Assembly: GCF_963921235.1 (NCBI RefSeq)
Contig: NC_086108.1
Location: forward strand, 45,076,001-45,140,000
Source of the DNA: Mobula hypostoma
Taxonomy: Eukaryota
Reading direction: 5' to 3'
Length of the DNA stretch: 64,000 nucleotides
Part shown: piece by piece, positions 14,030-24,996 of the stretch
How positions within the stretch are numbered: position 1 is the first letter of the stretch
How the letters are laid out: every line of letters begins with the position of its first letter
Notes under the pieces: model-generated
The model's input: only the letters and a program-made list of their open reading frames with translations
Databases searched by the model: none
Told to the model about the DNA's origin: nothing
Program-made: the position numbers and the translations under genes

Positions 14030-14250
14030 ATTTGCCCCTAGAGGTTTTAGTTTAGAGGGCCCTTGTTCATCATGGAGCCAGCGAATCAGGATTGAGTATT
14101 AAGCCCTGCCCATGCCCTGCTCACCTGAGAGGGTATATAAGGAGGTGTCTCCAGGCGAACTTGTCATTAGACTAACTTGTGCCTGAGGAAGGGGGTGGGG
14201 TTCACTGTTGAAATGTTGCAAACAGTATCTGTAAGTATGTGACTGTTAAG
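14030..14250 (+). mobile_element. Putative Penelope-type terminal repeat (second family) with decayed hammerhead motif
   Basis: GC-richer insert inside the hAT element. It has a TATA-like gtatataagg, followed by TGC-CTGAGGA-[stem]-GAAAT-GTT-GCA at 14180-14220. Confidence 0.45.
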
Positions 14251-14653
14251 GCCAAAAGATAGTATGGATAGATTTTCACAAAGCTACTGTAGGCAGTTAT
14301 AATGTGAGATTGCAATTTTTTTCCTTGTAACTGATTAATAAATTAGGTTTTAAAAATATTTCTGACAGGTAAAATATGTCAGATTTAGCAGCGACAATTT
14401 GTTCTCCAAGCTGTTTATCACTTAGAAATGCTACAATGCTATCTCAAGGTGCAACAAGCCGACAGACAATTATCTTTTGATAACTGTTGGACCTCTGTGT
14501 ATGCATTAGTGGCCATTCAAAATCTTCTTTGTTTTCCTCATAAAGTTGTCAGAAAAGATGATCTTGAAGTGCATTTGATTTGATGAAGTTGACAGCCATT
14601 ATTATATCAGAAAGTTGTCATGCAAATGTCCTCCCAAATTTTTGCAACCATAT

Positions 14654-16251
14654 CGAAGGCAGATAAATCCCCAGCGCCAGATGGTCTGCATCCTAGAGTG
14701 CTTAAGGAAGTAGCCCAAGAAATTATGGATGCATTAGTGATAATTTTTCAAAACTCGTTAGATTCTGGACTAGTTCCTGAGGATTGGAGGGTGGCTAATG
14801 TAACCCCACTTTTTAAAAAAGGAGGGAGAGAGAAACCGGGGAATTATAGACCGGTTAGCCTAACGTCGGTGGTGGGGAAACTGCTGGAGTCAGTTATCAA
14901 GGATGTGATAACAGCACATTTGGAAAGCGGTGAAATGATCGGACAAAGTCAGCATGGATTTGTGAAAGGAAAATCATGTCTGACGAATCTCATAGAATTT
15001 TTTGAGGATGTAACTAGTAGAGTGGATAGGGGAGAACCAGTGGATGTGGTATATTTGGATTTTCAAAAGGCTTTTGACAAGGTCCCACACAGGAGATTAG
15101 TGTGCAAACTTAAAGCACACGGTATTGGGGGTAAGGTATTGGTGTGGGTGGAGAATTGGTTAGCAGACAGGAAGCAAAGAGTGGGAATAAACGGGACCTT
15201 TTCAGAATGGCAGGCGGTGACTAGTGGGGTACCGCAAGGCTCAGTGCTGGGACCCCAGTTGTTTACAATATATATTAATGACTTGGATGAGGGAATTAAA
15301 TGCAGCATCTCCAAGTTTGCGGATGACACGAAGCTGGGTGGCAGTGTTAGCAGTGAGGAGGATGCTAAGAGGATGCAGGGTGACTTGGATAGGTTGGGTG
15401 AGTGGGCAAACTCATGGCAGATGCAATTTAATGTGGATAAATGTGAAGTTATCCACTTTGGTGGCAAAAATAGGAAAACAGATTATTATCTGAATGGTGG
15501 CCGATTAGGAAAAGGGGAGGTGCAACGAGACCTGGGTGTCATTATACACCAGTCATTGAAAGTGGGCATGCAGGTACAGCAGGCGGTGAAAAAGGCGAAT
15601 GGTATGCTGGCATTTATAGCGAGAGGATTCGAGTACAGGAGCAGGGAGGTACTACTGCAGTTGTACAAGGCCTTGGTGAGACCACACCTGGAGTATTGTG
15701 TGCAGTTTTGGTCCCCTAATCTGAGGAAAGACATCTTTGCCATAGAGGGAGTACAAAGAAGGTTCACCAGATTGATTCCTGGGATGGCAGGACTTTCATA
15801 TGAAGAAAGACTGGATGAACTGGGCTTGTACTCGTTGGAATTTAGAAGATTGAGGGGGGATCTGATTGAAACGTATAAGATCCTAAAGGGATCGGACAGG
15901 CTAGATGCAGGAAGATTGTTCCCGATGTTGGGGAAGTCCAGAACGAGGGGCCACAGTTTGAGGATAGAGGGGAAGCCTTTTAGGACCGAGATTAGGAAAA
16001 ACTTCTTCACACAGAGAGTGGTGAATCTGTGGAATTCTCTGCTACAGGAAACTGTTGAGGCCAGTTCATTGGCTATGTTTAAGAGGGAGTTAGATATGGC
16101 CCTTGTGGCTACAGGGGTCAGGGGGTATGGAGGGAAGGCTGGGGCGGGGTTCTGAGTTGGATGATCAGCCATGATCATAATAAATGGCGGTGCAGGCTCG
16201 AAGGGCCGAATGGCCTACTCCTGCACCTATTTTCTATGTTTCTATGTTTCT
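14654..16251 (+). mobile_element. Young 5'-truncated CR1 LINE with uninterrupted reverse transcriptase frame
   Basis: ORF 14620-16155 (511 aa) contains KSPAPDGLHP, NYRPVSLTS, QHGF, YLDFQKAFDKV, GVPQGSVLGP, FADD and FFTQRVVNLWNSL. It has a (TTTCTATG)n tail. ATAT lies at both junctions (14650-14653, 16252-16255), and the hAT transposase reads continuously across them. Confidence 0.95.
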
Positions 16252-16310
16252 ATATGTTGATGGTGGATGACGTAGTGTATGTAAAATAAACAAACACGTT
16301 AGGCACAGCT

Positions 16311-16562
16311 TTTTTTCTTTCTTTTTCAATATTTTTATTGATTTTGATTTTTTTCTTAATAAAATTGTTTATATTCTAATATACGAACTAATCTAATCCA
16401 TATTAATTTAGAGTAAGGAGTTTGTTAATGTGATTCAATATACTGTATCTGGTATTATGATATTTTATCTTTTGTTTTATAATATGTATTCTCTTGAATT
16501 CTGTATTCTATATATAAAAATCAAAATCAATAAAAATATTGAAAAAGAAAGAAAAAAGAAAG
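16311..16562. repeat. About 250-bp AT-rich insert with perfect 42-bp terminal inverted repeats
   Basis: 16311-16352 is the exact reverse complement of 16516-16557. It is inserted in a T-tract of the hAT transposase (cacagc-Tn-agatgag). Confidence 0.8.
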
Positions 16563-18354
16563 TTTTTTTTAGATGAGTAAGGAATCCATCGTATCTTCCT
16601 ACCATTGAAGCAGCACCATCAGTTGCAACAGCCATTATATTTTCTGCTTGCAGTTTCTGTTGTGATTTCTACTGTCATGAACCAGAGCACATATGAAACT
16701 GCTTAAGGTAACCCCTTGAGTAACCAGTCAGTATCAAGGCCTATTGATGAAATGTCAGGTGATGTGGAAGAACAACTACTCGCACAAAAACAAGTAAAGT
16801 TTGCCCTGCGAATCGGTAGAACATGCATGTAAAAATAAAACTAGCTTTTCAGGCATTTCTTTAGATGCATATCATAAATATATTTTAAAAATGCATATAG
16901 GTAAATGCACATTCTGTGTGGCAGTAAAGAGCTTGTCCTCAGCAGGAAAAGCAATTTGAACTTCCTTTCTATATATGATAACTATCAGAGATTAAATGGA
17001 AGTTGTAGTGGTAGATAGTGATGCAGTGGTAGACTTCACGCATTCTCACCTCTCTGCAGTTTAGCTGTTTCTGGTAGATGACCCCCACTATAGTGACTGC
17101 AGACTTCATGTCACGTGTATAACTATTAAATCATGCCTGGGTCAGTGGAAGGCAAGCAGAACCTGCTCCTGCTGTCAGACTGTCCCGCCCTATCTTCAGT
17201 TTGTTGAGATGCTCATAACCATATTAATGAGATTAGTACAACACAGGCCACGCCAGGCTTTCCATATTAATTCCTTCTGATAAGTGTTTCGATTTGGAAA
17301 ACCTGGCAACTTCTGAGCGTCCCTCAGTTGGAATTAGATGTGGATAGTTCCCTATTAACATGTAATTATCTAAGTAATCATAATCAGTAGCTAGTGGACT
17401 ACATTGCAGGGTATTCTGCTGGGTCGCACCTGCCTGTCTACTGTATAATCAGTGATTTGGGGGTGAAGGTGGAGTAGGGCATCGTTTGCATCATCGAGCA
17501 TATTTTCCCATTCATTTCATTCTTTTTTATTTATATATTTCAGTAATACTTCATTGAACAGTAAACTTATCATGGTCCATTCAGAAACTCCTGTAACCCC
17601 CAGTTTCTTGTCTTATTTACCTGTGGCCCCTATGAAGTCCGGTGTGGCTCCCATTGAGAACCACTGCTGTAGATCAACAAGTTCCCTTGAACACCAATTC
17701 AGTATTGACCAGATTATCTCTGTTTTTGGTTAAAAAGAAAAATATTCACTAAGAGAATAAGATTTCACACTATGTTTGTGGCAGAAACCTGTAACATTAA
17801 TTGATTTGGTCTTCTGCTTGGTTTTGTAGTGACTGATCAAGAACAGCTGATTAATAGTTCATGCAAATAACATGAATCAAATCTGAGTGAATCTGGATTT
17901 GCATCCATTAATATTGCACTATAAAATATTATTCATTCTTTTAATGCTCCAAATTCTTAATGTTCAAAACTTCTTTGTGATATCCATTTGGAAAATAAAT
18001 TGAACTATATCCAATGTGAAACAGGTGGACAAAGAATGTTCAAATGGTAAGTACAAAAAACACAGGGCTAATGAATGCACCTACCTATGCTTTTCTGAAG
18101 AAGTGCTAAGATTGACCTAAATTACACAGTATTTACTGCCAGTTTTGGATGTTGTGCAATTTGATAATTTATTCCTGAGATGTAACTTGATTTTCTGTGT
18201 ATACTGCATTGCCTGTTTACACATTGAATTTTTTTGCCACAATTCCATCAATTCTAAGGTGAGGAATGAACTTGATGGGACTGGCACACTTGTTGCAACT
18301 GCAGTGAGCCCTAAGTCAGTTGTATGATTGAGTTTCCTATTATTTTTAAATGGA

Positions 18355-19102
18355 AGTGTAGTCTATTTCTAAATAGAGAGAATATTCAAAAATCCAAGGT
18401 GCAAAAAAGGGACTTGGGAGTCCTCGTGCAGGATTCCCTAAAGGCTAAATTGCAGGTTGAGCCTGTGGCGAGGAAAGCAAATGCAATGTTAGCATTTGTT
18501 TCGAGAGGGCGAGAATATAAAAGCAAGCATGTAACGTTGAGGCTTTATAAGGCATTGGCGAGGCCTCACTTGGAGTATTGTGAGCTGTTTTGGGCCTCTT
18601 ATCTTAGCAGGAATGTGCTGACATTGGAGAGGGTTGAAAAGAGATTCACAAAAATGATTCTGAGATTGAAAAGATCCTGTGAGGACCGTTTGATGGCTTG
18701 GGCTTGTACTCACTGGAATTCAGAAGAATGAGGTGGGATCTCATTGAAACCTATTGGAGGTGGAAAGGCCTCAATGGAGTGGACGTGGAGAGGATGTTTG
18801 CTATGGTAGAACCAGCGGGCTCAGCCTCAGAATAAAGGGATGTTCATTTAGAATGCAATGAGGAGGAATTTCTTCAGCCAGAGAGTGGTGAATCTGTGGA
18901 ATTTGTTGCCACAGGCAGTTGTGGAGTCCAGGTCATTGGTAATTTAAGGCAGAGGTTGATAGATTCTTAATTAGTCATGCTGAAGGGTTATGGCAGGAGA
19001 ACTGGGGCTGAGAGGGAAATGGATCAGCCATGATGAAATGGTGGAGCAGAATCGATGGGCCAAATGGCCTAATTCTGCTCCTATATCTTATGGTGTTATG
19101 GT
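18355..19102 (+). mobile_element. CR1 LINE 3' fragment
   Basis: ORF 18324-18731 contains RDLGVLVQDSLK...KANAMLAF...LYKALARPHLEYC, followed by the CR1 3' UTR and an atcttatggt tail. Confidence 0.88.
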
Positions 19103-22100
19103 CTACACTACATTGCTGCTGAATTTTAAACCAAGAATTGCATGAGTGGAATTTGTTTATATGATTTCCTCCACAATATCTCATGTTTCCAAAGTAAGAT
19201 TGTTCAATTGGCATCAACTAAGAGGGATGGCTTTATGTTACTGAATTATTATTACTGGAAGATGAAGTTTTATACATCTGCATTAATACTTATTAGGAAA
19301 GAATGAAAACATTGCCTTCTGTGTTGGCTGGATTCAAACTTGGGTTCAAGACATAAAGAGTCAGTGCTCAAAGTTTCCTTTTTTTTTGTCCTGATTTTCT
19401 TTTTGGTCAGTTTGTATGTTCGTAAGTTGAAGAATGCTTTGGTGTAATGGAACATTTTAGCAATTTTGGCATAATCGTTCAGTGCTAGGGCATTCCGGAC
19501 AGCAATGGGATAGTGTTCTATTCACTATTTTCCATTGACATGCTTTATCCTTACCTTTAGGAAGGAACCTTTAGTACACCTTATGATATTTCTGTTTCTT
19601 TCATGACCTTTCTTGTAAGTACATTATATTTTCATGTGTTATTTTAATAAAGATGGATTAATTAATGTTGCCTCAGAAACGTAGACATATACAGCCAGGA
19701 AAGGACCTTCAGCTCATCACGTCTGAGTTGGCCATGATACTGAATTAAAACCAATCTTATTTGCCTGCATATGGCTTATACCCATTTATTCCCTGACTTA
19801 CTCTGGTTGTCTGGATTATTTTGTCAATATAGTGCTGTCTAGTTGAACTGCATGACTTTTGGTACATCTAATAAAAGGCTGTCATGGGATTCCCTAGCGT
19901 GCTTCAACTTCCATAAATTTGTATCCTCTTACTCCTTAGTTGAAGACACCAAGGCCGCCAATGACCAGTTGAAAGTACAGGCAGAACAGGCTGGATGCTT
20001 GTGTAAGAATTGTACAATTCTCTTTGGAGGTAGAAGAAGTCATATGCATTGTGATGTCACAATGCATTGTTGTGTTGTGTGCCAGCTCCATCTGATCCAG
20101 TGTATAGAAGCTGAACAGGAGGAGGCATTAGCTTTTTACTGCCATGATTTGAATGTTAATTTGTGATAAACTGGGATGAAGAATTTAGCATCATGGACTG
20201 ACAGGTAAAGTGACACTTAAAGAAAATAGATATTCTCTGATTCAGCATTCATTCTCTGAATTCATTCATTGTTGTTAAGTTAGGGGTAGATTTTCTTGAA
20301 CTACTGATATCCTAGTTACTGAGTTGTATAAGGCAGGACCTCTCACAAATTTAATGCACTGATTTTAGTGGGACATGGCTTGTCTTCAAGCTAGGGTAGT
20401 ATGCAGCCTGGAGATGATGAGATCCCCACGGAGACTCGTACAGCATTTGAAGTAAGGTTATTGTAGCCAGTGGAGAGAACCAAATGCTTAGTGGTTGTAA
20501 TATCCTTAATATTCAAGCATATGTAAAACTGTTGAGTTCAGAGATGGTCTAATATTTGTTACAAAGAACTAGGGAAAGTCAAGAGAGAAAACCTTAAGGC
20601 CAATCACATTCTAATGGCTCAGTAATGGAAGTTTGGATTTTTTTGCAAGTCCACAAGGGAAGGAAAAACTAAACAAGGTAAGGAATTATATTTTAAAACC
20701 TGTATAGAATCATGATTAATTTATGAATTGTTAGCTTCAACAATCAGCCATCCTGAACCTCTCTGACAGTCTCTGCAGGAGAACAAGCTGTAGTCAGTCT
20801 TGCTGCATTGATATCGGCAGATTTATCAGCCTGTAATCAAGTTCTTAAGTAATTGTTGCAAGAGTTAATTGCTTTATATCTTTAGCTATATTTCTGAGGC
20901 AGACTTAGCTCTTCATGTAAGTTAGTGAAATGCTGGCTGCGCTTCCAGCATCCCTAGTTGAGATGCAGACACAGGTCTCTCTTTATTGACAGGCACCATG
21001 CCTTGATAGGATGATGTGGTGCCATGATGAAATTACTGTGTGACTTGCCAATTCCTCTGAGCTGTTGGAGTGCGTAGCCTCTGTACACTCGGTTCTCTGT
21101 TACAGTCAGATTGATTTTGTTTTGAGAAGTCAGCAGTTCCAGCTATTATTGAATAGAAAAATGTATTCCAGTGTTAGAATGTGTCTGCTTTATATGTTGT
21201 GCCAAACTTAATCGTACATCTCAAGTCAGAATAATTTTCTCAAAATAATGTTATTTAAAAAAATACACCAAATATTTTCTCTGAAAAGCTTCCTCTGTTT
21301 GTATATGACTATTAATATACATTTTTACCATTACGATCTGTGTAGTTTTTGAAACCCTTGACAGTATTAAAAGTTACATCTATTTATGTAAGAAAGAATT
21401 GAATGAGAAAAGGCAGTTTGGCTCACCTAGCCCATAATATGTCCTGTGGTGGACTCTATTCCATTTTTCAAATCTTCTGTAACAAAATCCTGTACATATT
21501 AGTATTTACGTGTACCGTGAGGTAATCAGACAGAAACAAAATATTCATCAATCCTTAGAGATCTGCTAATCACACCTCTGCCACTGGTCTCTACAGGAAA
21601 CATTCCCTATTTCCTCACATTAAGTTTTTGAATTATATGACATTTAATCATTATGATCCCAAGATCTCTTTCCCCTACTGAATATTTAACCAATAAACAA
21701 TTGAAGAAATAATTGCCACAACCTCAGCTATACATTCAATACAATATTAGCGCTTCTGAGACATTAATGGAATTGACATATTTGGTGTATAGAATACTGC
21801 TAGATACTTTCACAATTCAGAGTTAGATTTGAGTAGGAATAGAAGAGTAACTAGGAAGATTGAACAAAAGTGTGGTCAAAGAGATAACATAGGTAGGAAT
21901 AGGACAAACAATTTGGTGATGATACATGCTGGTGGTGGTGGAGTAAGGGTAGGGTAAAGGTTTTGAGGGTGCCTGACTGATGATAGTTAAAAATAAGATG
22001 GTTAAAATCACAATGGCATGGGTCGTGATATTGGGTAGAGGAATATTAGCTGAACAGGACTTTGTATAGAACTCATTATGGGCATCGGGTTATGACCAAA

Positions 22101-22329
22101 GCAGGATTTATGTATAGTGTACTGTTTGTTTTTTAAAAAAATGTTTTTGTTTGTAACTTAAACCTATTCAACTTTGTACTTAGAAATCCTACCCAATTAT
22201 ATTTACATCATTAACAGCCACAGGACTGAGGTTATGTAGCTTGGCATGAATGTAAATAAAATTAGCAGTATCAGGTTTTGTAGAGTAGTTATCAATGGAA
22301 TAATTTTAATTTTGTTGCATTACATGTAT

Positions 22330-22660
22330 TTCTGGTATACGGTAAGGTACTGGTTAAATTGATGAATAAGGAGCCAGATTTCTGGAGAAGTTCAAGTTCC
22401 ATTAAGGCAGCTGGGGGAATTTAGATTCAAATAATTAAGTTGGCCTGGAATTTTTCTTTTTTTAAAAAAAAAACCTGGTTATGGTAAGGTTAACCATTAA
22501 ACTAACAGATTGTTGTAAGAATCTAGTTTGCTGATGACCTTTGGGGAAAGAAATCTGTTGACCCGAGACAATCTGGCCTATTTCTGACTCTGGACCCTGT
22601 CTGGACTCTTATAGGTGGACAATGAATGCCACATTGCTGGCATTGGCACCAAATGAACAG
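22330..22660 (+). mobile_element. Chondrichthyan tRNA-derived SINE, old
   Basis: gttcaagttcc...ggcagctgggggaattt..attcaa...ctggaatt...gattgttgtaa...ctttggggaaagaaatctg...tctggcctat..tgactc resembles a shark SINE2-type body, as remembered. Confidence 0.5.
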
Positions 22661-23368
22661 AACAAGGTGTTTATTCCCTTATAATGTACCGCTTATTATT
22701 TTACTGTGTCTATTCTGGTCACTTCTTCATTGAAAACACTAACAAACATTAGACTTCATCTTCATGGGTGCTGCCCAATAGACTGTACAAATTCGAAAAG
22801 CCACTTGTATTAGCTTCAAAGAGCATGTGTGCTAGAAAGCTATTCAACTGTGCAGTTCATTCTAACTGGGATCAAATCTTTCTTCACCAGCCTCCTCAGA
22901 CCTATTGTATTCATTCCTGCAGGAGTAACTTGAAAGGAGCATGCACTCCGTGCAATGTCTTCTTGCTCGGTCCCAAGGTGCTGAGGCCGTCTCCAACAAG
23001 TCCTGCAGCATGGAACATGACAACCCTTTCCCCAGTGTCCAGGCAGGGTCCATTAACTCAGCATAGAGTACATTCTTAAAGTTTCAGATTAACAGCACCT
23101 TGGCATTAAACCATGGAAGGCAAGTTTTGAACGCTTAGGTCTATCATGCTTAAAGCTGAATTAATCCAACTGGGTCAATGATATTTAAACGTTTTGATTC
23201 AAAGTTAAATTAATGTATAGCAACTTCCCCAATTTAGTCTGTGATGGTGGGGAGGAGGGCATCCCTCCTTTGGAAAGCCTGAGGTGCATCCTTCAGGAGT
23301 GGTAGTGTTTCTACTCATGGATTTGTCCAGAAGAAACAAACTCTCACTAGCTTTTCATTCTGTTGCAG

Positions 23369-23555
23369 CAAATGGTGATTGCAGCCCATATTACACTGTG
23401 TCCAGCAAGAGGGATGAGATGAACCATGTCATGAGGAATGAGCCAATAGCAACAGCTAGTTTGGAGCCAGTGAATCATTCAGGAAGTCACATCAGCACCT
23501 TTCCGTCTTCATCCCGTGGCAGTTCCCATCTGAGTCTGCCTCACTCTAATACCAG
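23369..23555 (+). CDS. GLIS1: Internal coding exon of the GLIS gene (phase 1 in, phase 2 out), equivalent to the exon preceding the large exon
   Basis: The acceptor is cttttcattctgttgcag|CA. The open frame ANGDCSPYY...SSHLSLPHSNT-R resembles the end of the homologous GLIS3 exon (..NLNIPPSDTR). The donor ACCAG|gttact leaves AG, which the first base A of the 24997 exon completes to Arg. Confidence 0.72.
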
Positions 23556-24996
23556 GTTACTTTCTACCACCATAATATATTCTGTATGTGTTTAAAAAAA
23601 ATCTGCATATGGATGAAGGCCTCCAAACCGAACTGTTAACTTGCATTTCTTTCCTGACTGTCACATCTGATCTGCTTTTGCAATATGCATCTAAGTAAAA
23701 TGAAGAGCTCACCTGTGGAGCAATGTGAAATATAATTTGAATCAGGTTTGATATCACTGGCATATGTCGTGAAATTTATTATACTTATTTAAGACATTTT
23801 TTTCCAGTCCAATTTTATCTGCTCGTCTCCTGAAAGACTCTAACTGCTAAAAGTTAGTTACCAAGAAGGGCTCTAGAGCAAAGGCAGGTGGATGAAATCA
23901 GATCAGAATTCAGCCATTGATGAGCTGAAAGGCAAATGGGTTTAAGAGCAGAGTGGTCAACACCTACTCCTAGAAAAACAAAGGGAAACCTGAGTTACAT
24001 TTTCTTGGAAATTGGCCTTCCTCAGTCTTACAACTGCAAGGAAGTGTGCATTTTGGGCAAATATTACGTAGATCCTCCAACTTCATTATTTCTAGAATAT
24101 TTTACCAAAGAATAACCAAGTAAACATACTTGTGTAATTATTCAAGTGTTGAATGAAGTTGCTCCCCAGTGAGCCACCTGGTGTGCAATTAACAGTCAGC
24201 AAGTACCATATATATCATTCTTTTATTAGATTCAAGAAACCTTCATGTGTGAGCCTGGACAGCAAGTACTCTTGTGCTGTTTAATCACAAACGGCTTAAT
24301 ATCTGTTTCCTGTCCTGATTTGTTTTGCGTGTAGACTGGTGGATTTGCCCACAATTGGAATCTGTCCAAGAGACAGAAGCCTCTCTGATTTTTACTTCTA
24401 AGCCCAGATGCAATGAGACTAATTGCAGTTGACCCTTTCCGCAAAGCCCAGTCAGAGTCCGCTAACCTAGTGCAGAATACAATTTTGATTCAATTTTCAG
24501 ATTAGCAGCATCTGTAGTTTTTGATTTTGAATTGTGAATTGTATTTGGGGATTGCCTGATTTGTAAGGCTCATTTATATACTAAGTCTTTGGGGGAAATC
24601 TTGCATTTTCCTTGAAACATAGTTGTTAGCCAAAATAGCTTCAGAAGACCACTTCAAAAGGATATGAAAATCAAACAGTGTAACAGTAATTACTTCATAA
24701 ATGGATTCTGGACCATTATTTTCTTGTGATTACTAGGATAAAGAGCAATTTAATTACTACATCATGTTTTGTTTTAATTTTTTAGTTAGTTTTGTAGAGT
24801 GCTAAGGGACCCTTTACGTCTATCAAAGATGCAATATTGAGAATCCCTCCATTGTCTTTCCCATTAATTCTTGCGAATGTTCCACATTTAAAGAATTTGA
24901 AATACTGTATGAAACAATTAAAAGAGAGGAAATGGTACATATTTATATTCAATTGTTTTAAACTGGTGTCTCAACAAGTTTATGATTGTTTTTCAG

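Larger units (their letters stand above)
13643..17666 (-). mobile_element. hAT-Charlie DNA transposon with degenerate transposase, interrupted by three later insertions
   Basis: TIRs are cagtgatctcaa (13643) and ttgagaaccactg (17654-17666). The 8-bp TSD is ttggagat/ctgtagat (6/8 match, NTCTAGAN-like). Minus-strand transposase remnants read NIMAVATDGAASMVGRYDGFLTHLKK, HYVIHHQH, LSDIIMAVNFIKSNAL..HTEV..LSK and the C-terminus LQPDIQK.VS.YQLQESH*. Confidence 0.88.
13550..17780 (-). mobile_element. Deu-domain SINE split by the hAT transposon (pieces about 13550-13642 and 17675-17780)
   Basis: The left piece (tttcaacacctcaggtcatcacaaaac...acagcca) and the right piece (caagttccc...tgaccagattatct...aatatt) are collinear with the reverse complement of the other Deu-SINE copies. 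Confidence 0.5.

Noticed and set aside
15063..16178. Long antisense ORFs (134 and 230 aa)
   Set aside because: Shadow frames of the CR1 RT with no independent protein signature.
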